Origin: Kiloniellales bacterium
GTDB taxonomy: Bacteria > Pseudomonadota > Alphaproteobacteria > Kiloniellales > JAKSBE01
Length of the DNA: 64,000 bases
Reading direction: 5' to 3'
Assembly: GCA_030066685.1 (NCBI GenBank)
Contig: JASJBF010000003.1
Span: forward strand, 110,576-174,575
The translations under genes were made by a program, and so were the position numbers. Of this stretch, positions 9,337 through 22,555 are shown piece by piece. Within the stretch, counting starts at the first letter, position 1. Each line of letters begins with the position of its first letter. The notes below the pieces were generated by a model, which saw only the letters and a program-made list of their open reading frames with translations, made no database searches and was not told the DNA's origin.

Positions 9337-9912
9337 ATGCCGGACCCGGTTTCAAAACCCGGCAAGCTGCCTGAAAACATAGACACTCCGGAGGGTTCTG
9401 GCCAGCCGGGAGGGCCGAGAAACCCCGGGCCACCGCGCGTCTACGGCCTGCGCATCGCGCGCGACGGAACCTGGTATCACCAAGGTTCGCCGATCCAGCG
9501 TAAGCCCTTGGTCAAGCTGTTTTCCACGGTTTTGAGGCGAGAAGATGACGGCAGCTTTTGGCTGGTCACCCCGGCCGAGCGCGGCCCGATTCAGGTCGAC
9601 GACGCCCCCTTTACCGCTGTTGAACTCTACGTGACCGGCAGCGGAAGAGATCAGGAACTGCGGTTCCGGACCAACCTCGACCACTGGGTGACCGCGGGGC
9701 CGGAACATCCGATTCGGGTGGAAACCCGACCTGACAGCGGCGAGCCCAGCCCCTATATCTTGATACGGGACCGCCTTGAAGCGCTGATCCTGCGCCCGGT
9801 CTTCTATGAACTCGTCGACCGCGCGGAAACGAAAAAGCAAGACGGCAAAGACATCTTGGGCCTATGGAGCCAGAACGCTTTCTTTCCTTTGGGCGACCTG
9901 CCGCCGGATTGA
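9337..9912 (+). CDS. DUF1285 domain-containing protein
   Basis: Start chosen at ATG 9337 (MPDPVSK). DGTWYHQGSPIQRKPLVKLFSTVL...LVTPAE...VDDAPF...PYILIRDRLEA matches the DUF1285 pattern. It is divergent from moxR. Confidence 0.8.
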   Translation: MPDPVSKPGKLPENIDTPEGSGQPGGPRNPGPPRVYGLRIARDGTWYHQGSPIQRKPLVKLFSTVLRREDDGSFWLVTPAERGPIQVDDAPFTAVELYVTGSGRDQELRFRTNLDHWVTAGPEHPIRVETRPDSGEPSPYILIRDRLEALILRPVFYELVDRAETKKQDGKDILGLWSQNAFFPLGDLPPD

Positions 9913-10547
9913 CCGCCGAAGCGATCGCCCGACGCCTCGCCGCCCAGCCGGCGCCAGGACGCCGCCGCTCGCCTCCGGGCCCGGACGGGTCGACGGCCTT
10001 GCCGCGCGGCGATCACGATCTCAACCCGGACTTCTTCGACCCGAAACAGGCGCTGACCCCGGCGGCGGTGCTGGTCCCGATCGTCGCCCACGACGGCGAT
10101 TTGACCGTGCTTCTGACCCAGCGGACCGACCACTTGCACGACCACGCCGGACAGATCAGCTTTCCCGGCGGCCGCATCGATCCCGGGGACGCCGACGCCG
10201 AGGCCGCCGCCCTGCGGGAGGCGGGCGAGGAGGTCGGCCTCCATCCCGGCCTCGTGCGCGTGATCGGGCGGATCGACACCTACGTGACCCGGACCGGTTT
10301 CGAGGTGACTCCGGTTGTCGGCCTGGTGCCGCCGCCTTTGGACCTGACCCTGGACAGCTTCGAAGTCGCCGATGCCTTCGAGGTGCCCTTGGCCTTCTTC
10401 TTGCAATCGAGCAACCGACAACGTCACAGCCGGGTCTATCAGGGCCGCGAACGGCACTTTTTCGCCTATCCCTACGGAGAGCGCTTCATCTGGGGCGCGA
10501 CCGCGGGGATGCTGTCCAACCTGGCCGAGGTCCTGGGCGCGACATGA
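9864..10547 (+). CDS. CoA pyrophosphatase (NUDIX hydrolase, NudL-like)
   Basis: Nudix box GGRIDPGDADAEAAALREAGEEVGL. An alternative TTG start at 9909 would give a TTGA overlap with the DUF1285 stop. Confidence 0.85.
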   Translation: MEPERFLSFGRPAAGLTAEAIARRLAAQPAPGRRRSPPGPDGSTALPRGDHDLNPDFFDPKQALTPAAVLVPIVAHDGDLTVLLTQRTDHLHDHAGQISFPGGRIDPGDADAEAAALREAGEEVGLHPGLVRVIGRIDTYVTRTGFEVTPVVGLVPPPLDLTLDSFEVADAFEVPLAFFLQSSNRQRHSRVYQGRERHFFAYPYGERFIWGATAGMLSNLAEVLGAT

Positions 10548-10828
10548 TCCAGCGGCTCCTCACCGTCGTCGTGCCGCTGGTCCTGCCCTTCGTGATCTAC
10601 GGCCTCTACCTGTACGTCGCGAAGCAGACCGGGCGCGACCTGCGCCGCGACGACAGAAAGCTGAGGCCGGTGGTCTGGCTGTTCGGCTCGGGCCTGGCGC
10701 TGATGGTGGTCTCGCTGCTGGTTTTCCGCTTCTATATCGATCCCGAGATTCTCAGCCGACCCGACAGGCCCGGTCTTGAACCCCGTCCGCCCACCGCCTT
10801 CCCCTCCGACTACGGCTCGAATCGCTGA
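10544..10828 (+). CDS. Small membrane protein (two predicted TM segments; possibly DUF6111-type)
   Basis: The ATG at 10544 overlaps the nudix stop (ATGA). The product is 94 aa, MIQRLLTVVVPLVLPFVIYGLYLY...VVWLFGSGLALMVVSLLVF. Confidence 0.6.
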   Translation: MIQRLLTVVVPLVLPFVIYGLYLYVAKQTGRDLRRDDRKLRPVVWLFGSGLALMVVSLLVFRFYIDPEILSRPDRPGLEPRPPTAFPSDYGSNR

Positions 10829-10846
10829 ACCCGACGCGAGGCCGCG

Positions 10847-12139
10847 ATGACGCCGGCCCAGCTGCCGCCTCAGCCCTGGATGTCCGACCCCGCCGCACGG
10901 GCGGTAATCGCGGCACTGGAGGCAGAGGGCACCGAGGTCCGCTTCGTCGGCGGCTGCGTGCGCAACGCCCTGCTCGGCATACCGGTCGCCGACGTCGACA
11001 TCGCCACCCCGGACCCGCCGGAGGCGGTGGTCCGCCTGCTCGAGGCCGCCGGCCTCAAGGCGGTGCCGACCGGCATCGACCACGGCACCGTGACCGCGGT
11101 CGCCGACCACAAGCCCTTCGAGGTCACGACTCTGCGGGTCGACGTCGAGACCTATGGCCGTCATGCCCGGGTCGCCTTCACCGACGATTGGCAGGCCGAT
11201 GCCGCGCGCCGCGACCTGACCATCAACGCGCTGTCCTGTCGGCCCGGCGGGCAGCTTTTCGACTATTTCGGCGGGCTCGACGACCTGCGCGCCGGCCGCA
11301 TACGCTTCGTCGGCGACGCCCGGGCCCGGATCGAGGAGGACTACCTCCGCCTGCTGCGCTTCTTCCGCTTCCAGGCGCTCTACGGCAAGGTTCCGGCCGA
11401 CCCGGCGATCCTGGACATCGCCGAGGCCCTGGCGCCGGAGCTCCGGCGGCTTTCCGGCGAGCGGGTCCGCGACGAGCTGCTGAAGACCCTGCGTGCCGGG
11501 GACCCCGTGCCGGTCCTGGAAATCATGATTGCCCGCAAGGTCCTGGACGCGGTCCTGCCGGAGGAGCTCGGGACGGCGGTCCTGACGGCCCTGATCGCGG
11601 TCGAGCCGGCGACCGCCGAGGACGAAGGTCCGCCGGACGCGATCCGGCGCCTGGCCGCGCTGTTGCGGCCCGAGCGCAGCGCGGCCCTGGCGGTCGCCGA
11701 ACGGCTCCGGCTGTCCAACGTCGAGCGCGACCGCCTGGTCCTGCTGGCCGAGGGCGAGGACTACCTCAAGGTCGACGCGGCGGTTTTCGATCACGGCATC
11801 GACGATGGCGGCCGGGCCTTGCGTCGCCTGCTCTATCGCCTGGGCCCGGAGAATCTCCGCGACGTCGTCCTGCTCGACTACTCGCGCCGCCGCGCGGCCG
11901 GCAAGGCGCCCGCGCCCGCGACCTTGGAACGCGCGCTATTCGAGGCCCGGGCCTGGCAGGCGCCGCGGTTTCCGCTCAAGGGCCGCGACCTCCTGGCGCT
12001 CGGCATCCCGCACGGCCCCGAGGTCGGCGAACTCCTGGACCGGGTCGAGGCCTGGTGGATCGAGGAGGACTTCCGGCCTGCACGGGCGGCCTGCCTGCGG
12101 AAGGCCAGGGCGCTGCGAGGCCAGAGTGAGAGGAGTTAA
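10847..12139 (+). CDS. cca: CCA tRNA nucleotidyltransferase / poly(A) polymerase family protein
   Basis: 430 aa. N-terminal head-domain motifs FVGGCVRNALLG...DVDIAT and RDLTINAL. Confidence 0.88.
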   Translation: MTPAQLPPQPWMSDPAARAVIAALEAEGTEVRFVGGCVRNALLGIPVADVDIATPDPPEAVVRLLEAAGLKAVPTGIDHGTVTAVADHKPFEVTTLRVDVETYGRHARVAFTDDWQADAARRDLTINALSCRPGGQLFDYFGGLDDLRAGRIRFVGDARARIEEDYLRLLRFFRFQALYGKVPADPAILDIAEALAPELRRLSGERVRDELLKTLRAGDPVPVLEIMIARKVLDAVLPEELGTAVLTALIAVEPATAEDEGPPDAIRRLAALLRPERSAALAVAERLRLSNVERDRLVLLAEGEDYLKVDAAVFDHGIDDGGRALRRLLYRLGPENLRDVVLLDYSRRRAAGKAPAPATLERALFEARAWQAPRFPLKGRDLLALGIPHGPEVGELLDRVEAWWIEEDFRPARAACLRKARALRGQSERS

Positions 12140-12379
12140 GGTCCATTGGGCTTCAAATCATCCCGCTCCATTCCGGGAGTTCAGAGCACGACAGCATGAC
12201 GTCGAATCGACCTGATGCCATCGTGCTCTCGCGCCGTTAGGAAAATGCCTGGACCAGAGCTGCCAGAATGACCAGCAGCATCCCGAAAAGAGCCAGCGGG
12301 AAGAGCGCTTCGACGAACTCGACGGCTCGGCGCACGGCCCTGCGTCTTGCGTCGTCGGCAGGCCTGAACACTGCGCCGT

Positions 12380-14026
12380 CTACTCGGCCGCCGGCCGCGC
12401 CTTGGCGGTCGGTGGCCTGGCCGGTGCGGGAGTACGGGCCGATGCTCGCTGGCCTCGTGTGGGCGCGTCGAGCGCGGCCGCGAGGCGCTTGCAGAAGATC
12501 TCCACCACCTTGACGCGGGCAAAGAGCTTGTCGTTGCCCTCGACCAGGTGCCAGGGCGCGGCGCTGGTCGAGGTGTACTGGACCATGTCGTTCACCGCCG
12601 CTTCGTAGAGCTCCCACTTGGCGCGGTTGCGCCAATCCTCCTCGGTCAGCTTCCAGCGCTTGTGCGGGGTCTTCTCGCGCAGCTTGAAGCGGGCCAACTG
12701 CTCTTTTCTGGTGATGTGCATCCAGTACTTGATCAGAACGATTCCGTGCTCGATCAGCTGGCTCTCGAAGTCATTGATCTCGGCGTAGGCGCGGCGCCAC
12801 TCATCTTCCGTGGCAAAGCCCTCGATCCGCTCGACCAGCACCCGGCCGTACCATGAGCGGTCGAAGATCGTGACCCGTCCGGCCGGCGACAGGTGCCGCC
12901 AGAAACGCCAGAGGTAGTGCTGTGCCAGCTCCTCCTCGGTCGGCGCCGCGATGCCGTGGACCTGGTAGTTGCGCGGCTCCAGCCCCTCCTGGATGCGGCG
13001 GATCGCGCCGCCCTTGCCGGCGGCGTCCATCCCCTCGAAGACCAGGATGCTTGAGACCCCTTGTTCCTTGGCCCGAATGTGCAACCGATGCAGCTGCGCC
13101 TGAAGCTCGGGCAGCGTCTGCTGATAGGTCGCCTTGTCCAGCTTCCGGGTCATATCGAGGCCGCTCAGGACCGTGATCGATTCGGCCGGTCCGGGCCGCC
13201 GCGCCTCGGCCTTCGGGGCCTGGCCCAGATTGCCGTTCTTCCCATTCTTCTTCTTGTTCTTCCCAGTCTTCTTCTTGCTCTTCGCCGGCTTCGCGGGCAA
13301 CGCCTGTTGCGCGCTTTCCGACAGCCGCTGCGCCAAGGCATCGCGCAGGATCGTCGCTACGGTCAGGCCGCGGTAAAAGGGATCGGCCCCCTCCACGATG
13401 GACCAAGGCGCCATGCCCCGGTTGGTCCGGGTGATCAGCGGTTCGGCCGCCGCGATGAACTTCGGATAGTTGCGCCAGTTCTCCCAGTCGCAAGGCGTGA
13501 CACGGGCCTTGGTCAGGGGGTCGTGCTCCAGGCTCTTCAGCCGGGCCTCCTGGGCGCTCGCGCTGAGGTGCATCCAGAACTTCAGAATCAGGGCGCCGTT
13601 CCGAGCGAGCGCATGCTCGAAGGCGATGATGCGGTCGAGGCGCCGGACGAAGGCGGCATCGTCGATGCCGTTGTAGACCCGGTCCAGCAGGGTCGCGTGG
13701 TACCAGGCGCTGAGAAACATGCCGATCCGTCCGGCCGGCGGCAGGTCGCGCCAGTAGCGCCAGAACTCCGGGCGTTCGCGCTCGGCGTCCCTCGGCTCGT
13801 CGTAGGCCCGCGTCATCAGCCAGCGCGGGTCCATCCATTCGTTTAGCAGGCCGACCGTCTCGCCCTTGCCGCCGCCATCGACGCCGGAGAACAGCAGGAT
13901 GACCTGGAAGTCCCGGCCGCGGCGCAGGCGCTCCTGGAGCTCCAGCAGCTCTTCGCGCAACGGCGGCGCCAGGCGCTTGAAGTCACGCTTCGCGACCTTG
14001 CGGCCAAGCTCGGCCGTCTCGAACAT
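12380..14026 (-). CDS. Two-domain PPK2 (polyphosphate:AMP/nucleotide phosphotransferase type)
   Basis: Start chosen at ATG 14026, preceded by a GGGAGGTGG SD. There are two PPK2 repeats (FSGVDGGGKGETV and FEGMDAAGKGGAI P-loops, each followed by a W..Y..H... lid). They are joined by a Lys-rich linker. The 781-aa extended ORF was rejected. Confidence 0.88.
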   Translation of the reverse strand: MFETAELGRKVAKRDFKRLAPPLREELLELQERLRRGRDFQVILLFSGVDGGGKGETVGLLNEWMDPRWLMTRAYDEPRDAERERPEFWRYWRDLPPAGRIGMFLSAWYHATLLDRVYNGIDDAAFVRRLDRIIAFEHALARNGALILKFWMHLSASAQEARLKSLEHDPLTKARVTPCDWENWRNYPKFIAAAEPLITRTNRGMAPWSIVEGADPFYRGLTVATILRDALAQRLSESAQQALPAKPAKSKKKTGKNKKKNGKNGNLGQAPKAEARRPGPAESITVLSGLDMTRKLDKATYQQTLPELQAQLHRLHIRAKEQGVSSILVFEGMDAAGKGGAIRRIQEGLEPRNYQVHGIAAPTEEELAQHYLWRFWRHLSPAGRVTIFDRSWYGRVLVERIEGFATEDEWRRAYAEINDFESQLIEHGIVLIKYWMHITRKEQLARFKLREKTPHKRWKLTEEDWRNRAKWELYEAAVNDMVQYTSTSAAPWHLVEGNDKLFARVKVVEIFCKRLAAALDAPTRGQRASARTPAPARPPTAKARPAAE

Positions 14027-14224
14027 TCCGCCACCTCCCAGGGATTCGGCGATGAGGCCGATCGGCCTCTGAAGGTGAACGCCCAATCCCAATTTCTTTT
14101 GTGCAAATGTAGCACCCTCGGGGTGGCTATGGCAGGGCCTTTGCGCCGGAAGTGGTTTCCAGCAGGCCGGATCTGACCTAGCTTCTGCGGTCTCAGAGCG
14201 AGCGCCGACGCAAGGGAGGAACGC

Positions 14225-14575
14225 ATGGCGATCAAGCGCATCGAGGTGGGCGACCGCATGAGCCAAGCCGTCGTCCACGGCGAGGTGGTCTACACGGCCG
14301 GCCAGGTGGCTCAGAACGCGCCGGGTGCCTCGGTCGCCGAGCAGACCCGGGACATCCTGGCCAGCATCGACCGCCTGCTGGCCGCGGCCGGAACCGACAA
14401 GTCGAAGCTGCTGACCGCCAACATCTGGCTGTCCGACATCGCGACCTTCAACGAGATGAACGAGGTCTGGGATGCCTGGGTCTCGCCGGGCAACACGCCT
14501 TGCCGGGCCTGTGTCGAGAGCCGCCTCGCCAGCCCGAAGTACACCGTCGAGATCATGGTGACGGCGGCGCTCTAA
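14225..14575 (+). CDS. RidA/YjgF/L-PSP family protein
   Basis: 116 aa. AVVHGEVVYTAGQVA...TRDILASIDRLL...KSKLLTANIWL...MNEVW...PCRACVE is the RidA-fold pattern. Confidence 0.85.
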   Translation: MAIKRIEVGDRMSQAVVHGEVVYTAGQVAQNAPGASVAEQTRDILASIDRLLAAAGTDKSKLLTANIWLSDIATFNEMNEVWDAWVSPGNTPCRACVESRLASPKYTVEIMVTAAL

Positions 14576-14837
14576 GCAATCGGGACTCCGCCTTTCGCCG
14601 ATCCCTCGAGGACGCCTGTCTCCGTGGCCGACCTGAGCCCCGAGACCGAGGCCTTCCGCTCCGCCTCCCTGGAATCGCCGGACGCGCCGGCGGGCGCGGC
14701 CCGGCGCCGCCGGTGCTGGCATCACTACGCCGCGGTCTGTGCCAGCTTCGGCCGGGAGCCGTCAGAGGACATGCCGCTCGACTGCGAGCGGATCCGAGTC
14801 ATCTATCCGAGGACAGCCGCGCGGCAGCCCGGAGGCG

Positions 14838-15134
14838 TCAGCCGGCCTTCTCCAGTAGCTCGACCTCGACGAAGGCAAAGTCGAAGCCGTTGTCGTTGAT
14901 CACGTTGTGCTCGACCCCGGCCGGCCGGTTGTAGGCGACGCCGGCGGTCAGCTCCGCGCTGACCAGGCCGGCACCGGTGTCGATGGTCAGGACCCCCGTG
15001 GTCATGGGCACGACGACGTAGGCATAGCCGTGACGGTGCCAGCCCGTCTCGGCCCCGGGCGCAAAGCGCCACCGGGTGACCCGGACCACGCCGTCGTCGA
15101 TCTGCAGCTCCGGAACCGCGGCCGGGCGGGTCAT
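14838..15134 (-). CDS. Cupin domain-containing protein
   Basis: Start chosen at MTRPAAV (15134). GWHRHGYAYVVVPM...PAGVEHNVIN are the cupin motifs. Confidence 0.7.
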   Translation of the reverse strand: MTRPAAVPELQIDDGVVRVTRWRFAPGAETGWHRHGYAYVVVPMTTGVLTIDTGAGLVSAELTAGVAYNRPAGVEHNVINDNGFDFAFVEVELLEKAG

Positions 15135-15298
15135 GGGCGCCTCCACCACACGAGGGACGATTCGGATCGAGCGTAGCCTGCCCGGCCGCCGCGGGCCAAG
15201 TGAATGCAACGGGCCGCCGCCGAGGCGTTACAGCTTTGTTAAGCAACTCGGCCCAGAGTCAAACGCATAGCGTGCAGCCCTTCGCAGCGACCGACAGA

Positions 15299-17251
<1,953 letters not shown>

Positions 17252-17260
17252 GCCGCGAGC

Positions 17261-18127
17261 TCAAGGCCAGGCGACGTTGGGCGGCAGGCTCATGAGGATC
17301 GCCTCGACGTTGCCGCCGGTCATCAGGCCGAACTTGGTGCCGCGGTCATAGAGCAGATTGAACTCGACGTAGCGGCCACGGCGTTGCAGCTGGTGCTCGC
17401 GCTGCTTCTCGTTCCAGGGCCGGCCCATGTGGCGGCGCACGATCTTGGGATAGATGTCCAGGAAGCAGCGGCCGACGTCCTGGGTGTAGGCGAAATCGCC
17501 CTCCCAGTCGCCGCTCTCCAGGTTGTCGTAGAAGATCCCGCCGACGCCGCGCGGCTCATCGCGGTGCTTCAAGTAGAAGTACTCGTCGCACCACTTTTTG
17601 AAGCGCTCGTAGTAGTCGGCGCCGTGGCGGTCGCAGGTCTCCTTGAGGGCCGCGTGGAAGTCCGCAGTGTCCTGGTCCTCGGGGAACATTGGCGTCAGGT
17701 CGGCACCGCCGCCGAACCAGGACTTGGTGGTGACGATGTGGCGGGTGTTCATGTGCACCGCCGGCACCAGGGGCGACTGCAGGTGGGCGACCAGGCTGAT
17801 GCCGCTGGCCCAGAAGCGCGGATCCTCGGCGGCGCCGGGGATCTGCTTGGCGAACTCCGGCGAGAAGCGTCCCCAGACTGTGGAGACGTTGACCCCGACC
17901 TTTTCGAAGACCCGGCCGCGCATGACCGACATGACGCCGCCGCCGCCGCCTTCGCGCTGCCATTCGCTGCGCTTGAAGCGCCCGGGGCGCATGTGGGCGA
18001 AGCGGGTGGCGTTGTCGCCGATTAGCTCGTCCTCGATCTTCTCGAACTCGGCGCAGATCGAATCGCGCAGCTCTTCGAACCAGGCGGCTGCGCGGCGCTG
18101 CTGCTCGCTTGTCGTGACGTCGTTCAT
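17261..18127 (-). CDS. hemF: Oxygen-dependent coproporphyrinogen III oxidase
   Basis: 288 aa. HemF signatures are [50 protein letters not shown] and [16 protein letters not shown]. Confidence 0.95.
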   Translation of the reverse strand: MNDVTTSEQQRRAAAWFEELRDSICAEFEKIEDELIGDNATRFAHMRPGRFKRSEWQREGGGGGVMSVMRGRVFEKVGVNVSTVWGRFSPEFAKQIPGAAEDPRFWASGISLVAHLQSPLVPAVHMNTRHIVTTKSWFGGGADLTPMFPEDQDTADFHAALKETCDRHGADYYERFKKWCDEYFYLKHRDEPRGVGGIFYDNLESGDWEGDFAYTQDVGRCFLDIYPKIVRRHMGRPWNEKQREHQLQRRGRYVEFNLLYDRGTKFGLMTGGNVEAILMSLPPNVAWP

Positions 18128-18582
18128 GCCTCTCCTTCGGGAAAGAGTCCGGTCTGGCGCAGTGCTTCTCCCAGCGCCAGAGCCGCTGCCGTGGCCACGT
18201 TGAGCGAGCGGAGGCCGGACCTCATCGGAATTCGCAGCCGGGCGTCGCAGGCGTCGTGCACCTCTTGTGGAACGCCGGCACTTTCGCGGCCGACCATAAG
18301 ACTGTCACAGGGTTTGTAAAGAAAATCGCAATGGCGGACGTCGCCTCCGGTGGTCAGCAGGAGCAACCGCCCGGCTGCCGCCTCGCGATAGGCGGCCCAG
18401 GAGCGGTGCCGGATCACGCCGGCGAGGTCGAGATAGTCGAGGCCGGCACGCTTCATGCGCCGATCCGAAAGCGCGAAGCCGCAGGGCTCTATGATGTCGA
18501 CGGCGACGCCGAGGCAGGCCGCAAGGCGCATCAACGCGCCGGCGTTTTGGGGAATGTCGGGCTGGAAGAGGACTAGGCGCAA
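18124..18582 (-). CDS. trmL: tRNA (cytidine/uridine-2'-O)-methyltransferase TrmL (SpoU/TrmH family)
   Basis: 152 aa. [25 protein letters not shown]...GRESAGVP...[15 protein letters not shown]. It has an ATGA overlap with hemF. Confidence 0.88.
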   Translation of the reverse strand: MRLVLFQPDIPQNAGALMRLAACLGVAVDIIEPCGFALSDRRMKRAGLDYLDLAGVIRHRSWAAYREAAAGRLLLLTTGGDVRHCDFLYKPCDSLMVGRESAGVPQEVHDACDARLRIPMRSGLRSLNVATAAALALGEALRQTGLFPEGEA

Positions 18583-18826
18583 GCTCTTGGCATCCGGGCG
18601 AGGAGGGCCTTCGAGGGGGCTTTGAGGTTTTGCTTTCTCCGGGAATTTCCTCTATATGCCTGCCGCGGGGCAAGGCCTGCGTTACGCGGGCGGGATGGCG
18701 TCCGCCGTGGCGGTTCAGGCGTATAGAGACTGAAGGTTCTATCGGCGACGCCCGGCTTTGGCGGCCAAGAAGGAACAACCGGTTTTCGGAACCCGGACCA
18801 CTGTATTTTTGGAGGGATCAGTAGAC

Positions 18827-19375
18827 ATGGCAGAGACCGCGAAACCGCCACACGGCGGAGAGGGCGAAACGCGGCGCGATTTCCTCTACCTGCTCGCTGG
18901 CGGGATGGGGGCGGTCGGCACGGCCGCGGTCGTCTGGCCTTTTCTGGATTCGATGAATCCGTCGGCCGACGTTCTGGCGCTGGCCGAGGTCGAAGTCGAC
19001 ATCTCACCGATCGCCGAGGGCCAGGCCATCACCGTGATGTGGCAGGGCAAACCGATCTTCATTCGGCATCGTACACAGGACGAAATAGAGGCGGCGAAGG
19101 CGGCGGAGCCGGGCGAGATGATCGACCCCGAAACCGACGACGACAGGGTCGAGAAGCCGGAGTGGCTGGTCATGGTCGGGGTCTGCACCCACTTGGGCTG
19201 CGTGCCCAAGGGCCAACGGGCCGGCGATCCGCGCGGTGAATTTGGCGGCTGGCTCTGCCCCTGTCACGGCTCGCACTACGACACCTCGGGCCGTATCCGC
19301 AAGGGGCCCGCGCCGACCAACTTGCCGGTGCCGCCTTACGTCTTCCTGGACGACACCACGATCAAGATCGGTTAA
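18827..19375 (+). CDS. petA: Ubiquinol-cytochrome c reductase, Rieske iron-sulfur subunit
   Basis: The ATG at 18827 is preceded by a GGAGGG SD. Rieske boxes are CTHLGCVP and CPCHGSHYD. There is a Tat-like N-terminus, RRDFLYL. Confidence 0.95.
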   Translation: MAETAKPPHGGEGETRRDFLYLLAGGMGAVGTAAVVWPFLDSMNPSADVLALAEVEVDISPIAEGQAITVMWQGKPIFIRHRTQDEIEAAKAAEPGEMIDPETDDDRVEKPEWLVMVGVCTHLGCVPKGQRAGDPRGEFGGWLCPCHGSHYDTSGRIRKGPAPTNLPVPPYVFLDDTTIKIG

Positions 19376-19390
19376 GGGAGCTTTAGAACC

Positions 19391-20689
19391 GTGAGTGGCC
19401 TGCAGCTCAAGAACCCGGTACTCCGGTGGATCGAATACCGGTTGCCGATTTTCTCCTTCCTGGACCATTCCCTGGGAAGCTCTTATCCCTCGCCGAGGAA
19501 CCTCAGCTACTGGTGGAACTTTGGCTCGCTGGCGGGCATTGCGCTGGTGATCATGATCGTCAGCGGCATCACCTTGGCGATGCAGTATACCCCGCACGTG
19601 GACTACGCCTTCGACTCGGTCCAGAGGATCGACCGTGACGTCAACTTCGGTTGGCTGATCCGCGACATCCACGTGAACACCAGCTTCTTCTTCTTCATCG
19701 TGGTCTATATCCACGTGTTCCGCGGGCTCTACTACGGCTCCTACAAGGCGCCGCGAGAGCTGCTCTGGATGCTGGGCCTGGTAATCCTGCTGCTGATGAT
19801 GGCCACCGCCTTCATGGGCTACGTGCTGCCTTGGGGCCAGATGAGCTTCTGGGGCGCCACGGTGATCACCAACTTCTTCACCGCGATCCCGATCGTCGGC
19901 GATGCCATCACGACCTGGCTCTGGGGCGGCCCGGCGGTCGACAACGCGACCCTTAACCGCTTCTTCTCGCTGCACTATCTCTTCCCCTTCCTGATCGTCG
20001 GGGTCGTGATCCTGCACATCTGGGCGCTGCACCGCTTCGGCTCGAACAACCCACTGGGCATCGACACCAAGGGTCCGCAGGACAGCATTCCCTTCCATCC
20101 CTACTACACGGTAAAGGATCTCTTTGGGCTCGGCGTCTTCCTGACCCTTTTGGCGGCGGTGATCTTCTTCGCTCCGGACGCCATGGGCGAGCCCGAGAAC
20201 TACATCGAGGCCAACCCGCTCTCGACGCCGGCGCATATCGTGCCCGAATGGTACTTCCTGCCCTTCTACGCGATCCTTCGCGCGGTCACCTTTGACTTCC
20301 TCTGGATCATCCCGGCCAAGCTCGGCGGTGTCATCCTGATGTTCGGCTCGATCCTGATCCTCTTCTTCCTGCCTTGGCTGGATCGGTCGCCGGTACGCAG
20401 CAGCGCCTTCCGGCCCTACTACAAGTGGTTCTTCTGGATCCTGGTGCTGGATTGCTTCGTGCTCGGCTGGGTCGGGGCAAACTCGCCCGATGCGACCTTC
20501 CACGGCGTGCCCTTCGTGATCATCGGGCAGGTGGCAACGGCCTACTATTTCGCTCATTTCCTGGTAGTTCTGCCGTTGCTCGGGATCTTCGAACGGCCCC
20601 GGCCTCTGCCGGTGTCGATAAGCCAACCGGTCCTGTCGGGCGGCGGCATGGTCGCCGGCGCCGCCGCCAAGCCGATGGAGAAGGCCTGA
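19391..20689 (+). CDS. petB: Cytochrome b
   Basis: 432 aa with a GTG start. Cytochrome b motifs are [35 protein letters not shown]. Confidence 0.95.
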   Translation: MSGLQLKNPVLRWIEYRLPIFSFLDHSLGSSYPSPRNLSYWWNFGSLAGIALVIMIVSGITLAMQYTPHVDYAFDSVQRIDRDVNFGWLIRDIHVNTSFFFFIVVYIHVFRGLYYGSYKAPRELLWMLGLVILLLMMATAFMGYVLPWGQMSFWGATVITNFFTAIPIVGDAITTWLWGGPAVDNATLNRFFSLHYLFPFLIVGVVILHIWALHRFGSNNPLGIDTKGPQDSIPFHPYYTVKDLFGLGVFLTLLAAVIFFAPDAMGEPENYIEANPLSTPAHIVPEWYFLPFYAILRAVTFDFLWIIPAKLGGVILMFGSILILFFLPWLDRSPVRSSAFRPYYKWFFWILVLDCFVLGWVGANSPDATFHGVPFVIIGQVATAYYFAHFLVVLPLLGIFERPRPLPVSISQPVLSGGGMVAGAAAKPMEKA

Positions 20690-21450
20690 TGAAGAGACTC
20701 TTTGCCCTCGGCCTGACCGCGCTGCTTGGCTTTGGTTCCGGCGCCGCCCAGGCGGCGGAAGGGGTTGCGATCCCCTCGCATAGCTGGAGCTTTTCCGGCC
20801 TGTTCGGCACTTTCGACCGGGCCCAGTTGCAGCGGGGCTTCCAGGTTTACCGCGAAGTCTGCGCGTCCTGCCATTCGATCAAGTACATCGCCTTCCGCAA
20901 TCTCTTGGACCTGGGCTACACCCCTGACGAGGTCAAAGCCCTGGCCGCGGAATACACGGTGATGGACGGCCCGAACGATGACGGCGAGATGTTCGAGCGG
21001 GCGGCGATCCCGGCCGACCGTTACCCCCTGCCTTTCCCCAACGAGCAGGCCGCACGGGCCGCCAACAACGGTGCCTATCCGCCGGACCTCTCGCTGATGA
21101 CCAAGGCGCGCAAGGGGGGGGCGGACTATAGCTACGCGCTCCTTATCGGCTATCCGGAGGAGCCGCCGGCCGGCGTCGAACTGATGGATGGGATGTACTA
21201 CAACGCCTACTTTCCCGGCCATCAGATCGCCATGCCGGCGCCGCTTTATGAGGATCTGATCGAATACGCCGACGGCACCCCGGCGACGGTGGAGCAGATG
21301 GCCGAGGACGTCACCGCGTTCCTGATGTGGACCGCCGAGCCCAATCTCGAGACCCGCAAGAGCATGGGCGTCACTGTGATTCTGTTCCTATTGGTCCTGA
21401 CCGGCATCCTCTACGCGGCCAAGAAGAAGATCTGGTCGGATCTTCACTGA
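20689..21450 (+). CDS. petC: Cytochrome c1
   Basis: The ATG at 20689 overlaps the petB stop. It has a signal peptide, the heme motif CASCHS, and a C-terminal TM anchor VILFLLVLTGILYAA. Confidence 0.93.
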   Translation: MKRLFALGLTALLGFGSGAAQAAEGVAIPSHSWSFSGLFGTFDRAQLQRGFQVYREVCASCHSIKYIAFRNLLDLGYTPDEVKALAAEYTVMDGPNDDGEMFERAAIPADRYPLPFPNEQAARAANNGAYPPDLSLMTKARKGGADYSYALLIGYPEEPPAGVELMDGMYYNAYFPGHQIAMPAPLYEDLIEYADGTPATVEQMAEDVTAFLMWTAEPNLETRKSMGVTVILFLLVLTGILYAAKKKIWSDLH

Positions 21451-21476
21451 ATCTCGCCGGATCAGGCGGTTTTCCA

Positions 21477-21513
21477 GGGGGTCGCGGCCTGTCGCCGCGG
21501 CCCCTTCGTCGTC
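21477..21513 (+). terminator. Candidate rho-independent terminator after petC
   Basis: GGGGTCGCGGC-ctgtc-GCCGCGGCCCC stem with one mismatch, followed by TTCGTCGTC. The U-tract is weak. Confidence 0.45.
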
Positions 21514-21612
21514 GGGCCGGTGGGTGAGGCGGCGGTCCCTGATGGATTGCCCGGACTTGGAAAACCCGCCGGGCTGGCGTAAAGGATTGGTCTTCCTGGC
21601 TATGCGTGGTGG

Positions 21613-22530
<918 letters not shown>

Positions 22531-22555
22531 CGACCTGCCAGGCGAGGTCCCGGAC

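Noticed and set aside
12237-12371. 44-aa minus-strand ORF (GTG start) with a hydrophobic C-terminus (LFPLALFGMLLVILAALVQAFS), 8 nt after the PPK2 stop.
   Set aside because: It has no SD and a non-ATG start, and it shares a frame with a longer spurious ORF. I cannot distinguish it from chance without conservation or ribosome-profiling data.
12380-14725. Extended 781-aa version of the PPK2 gene.
   Set aside because: The N-terminal 233 codons lack PPK2 similarity and overlap the divergent ridA gene. The ATG at 14026 has a GGGAGGTGG SD and begins exactly at the first PPK2 domain.
14624-14899. 91-aa plus-strand ORF filling the 262-nt gap between ridA and the cupin gene.
   Set aside because: It has a GTG start with no SD. 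The product is Arg/Pro-rich, and its 3' part overlaps the cupin gene on the other strand. It has no recognisable motif.
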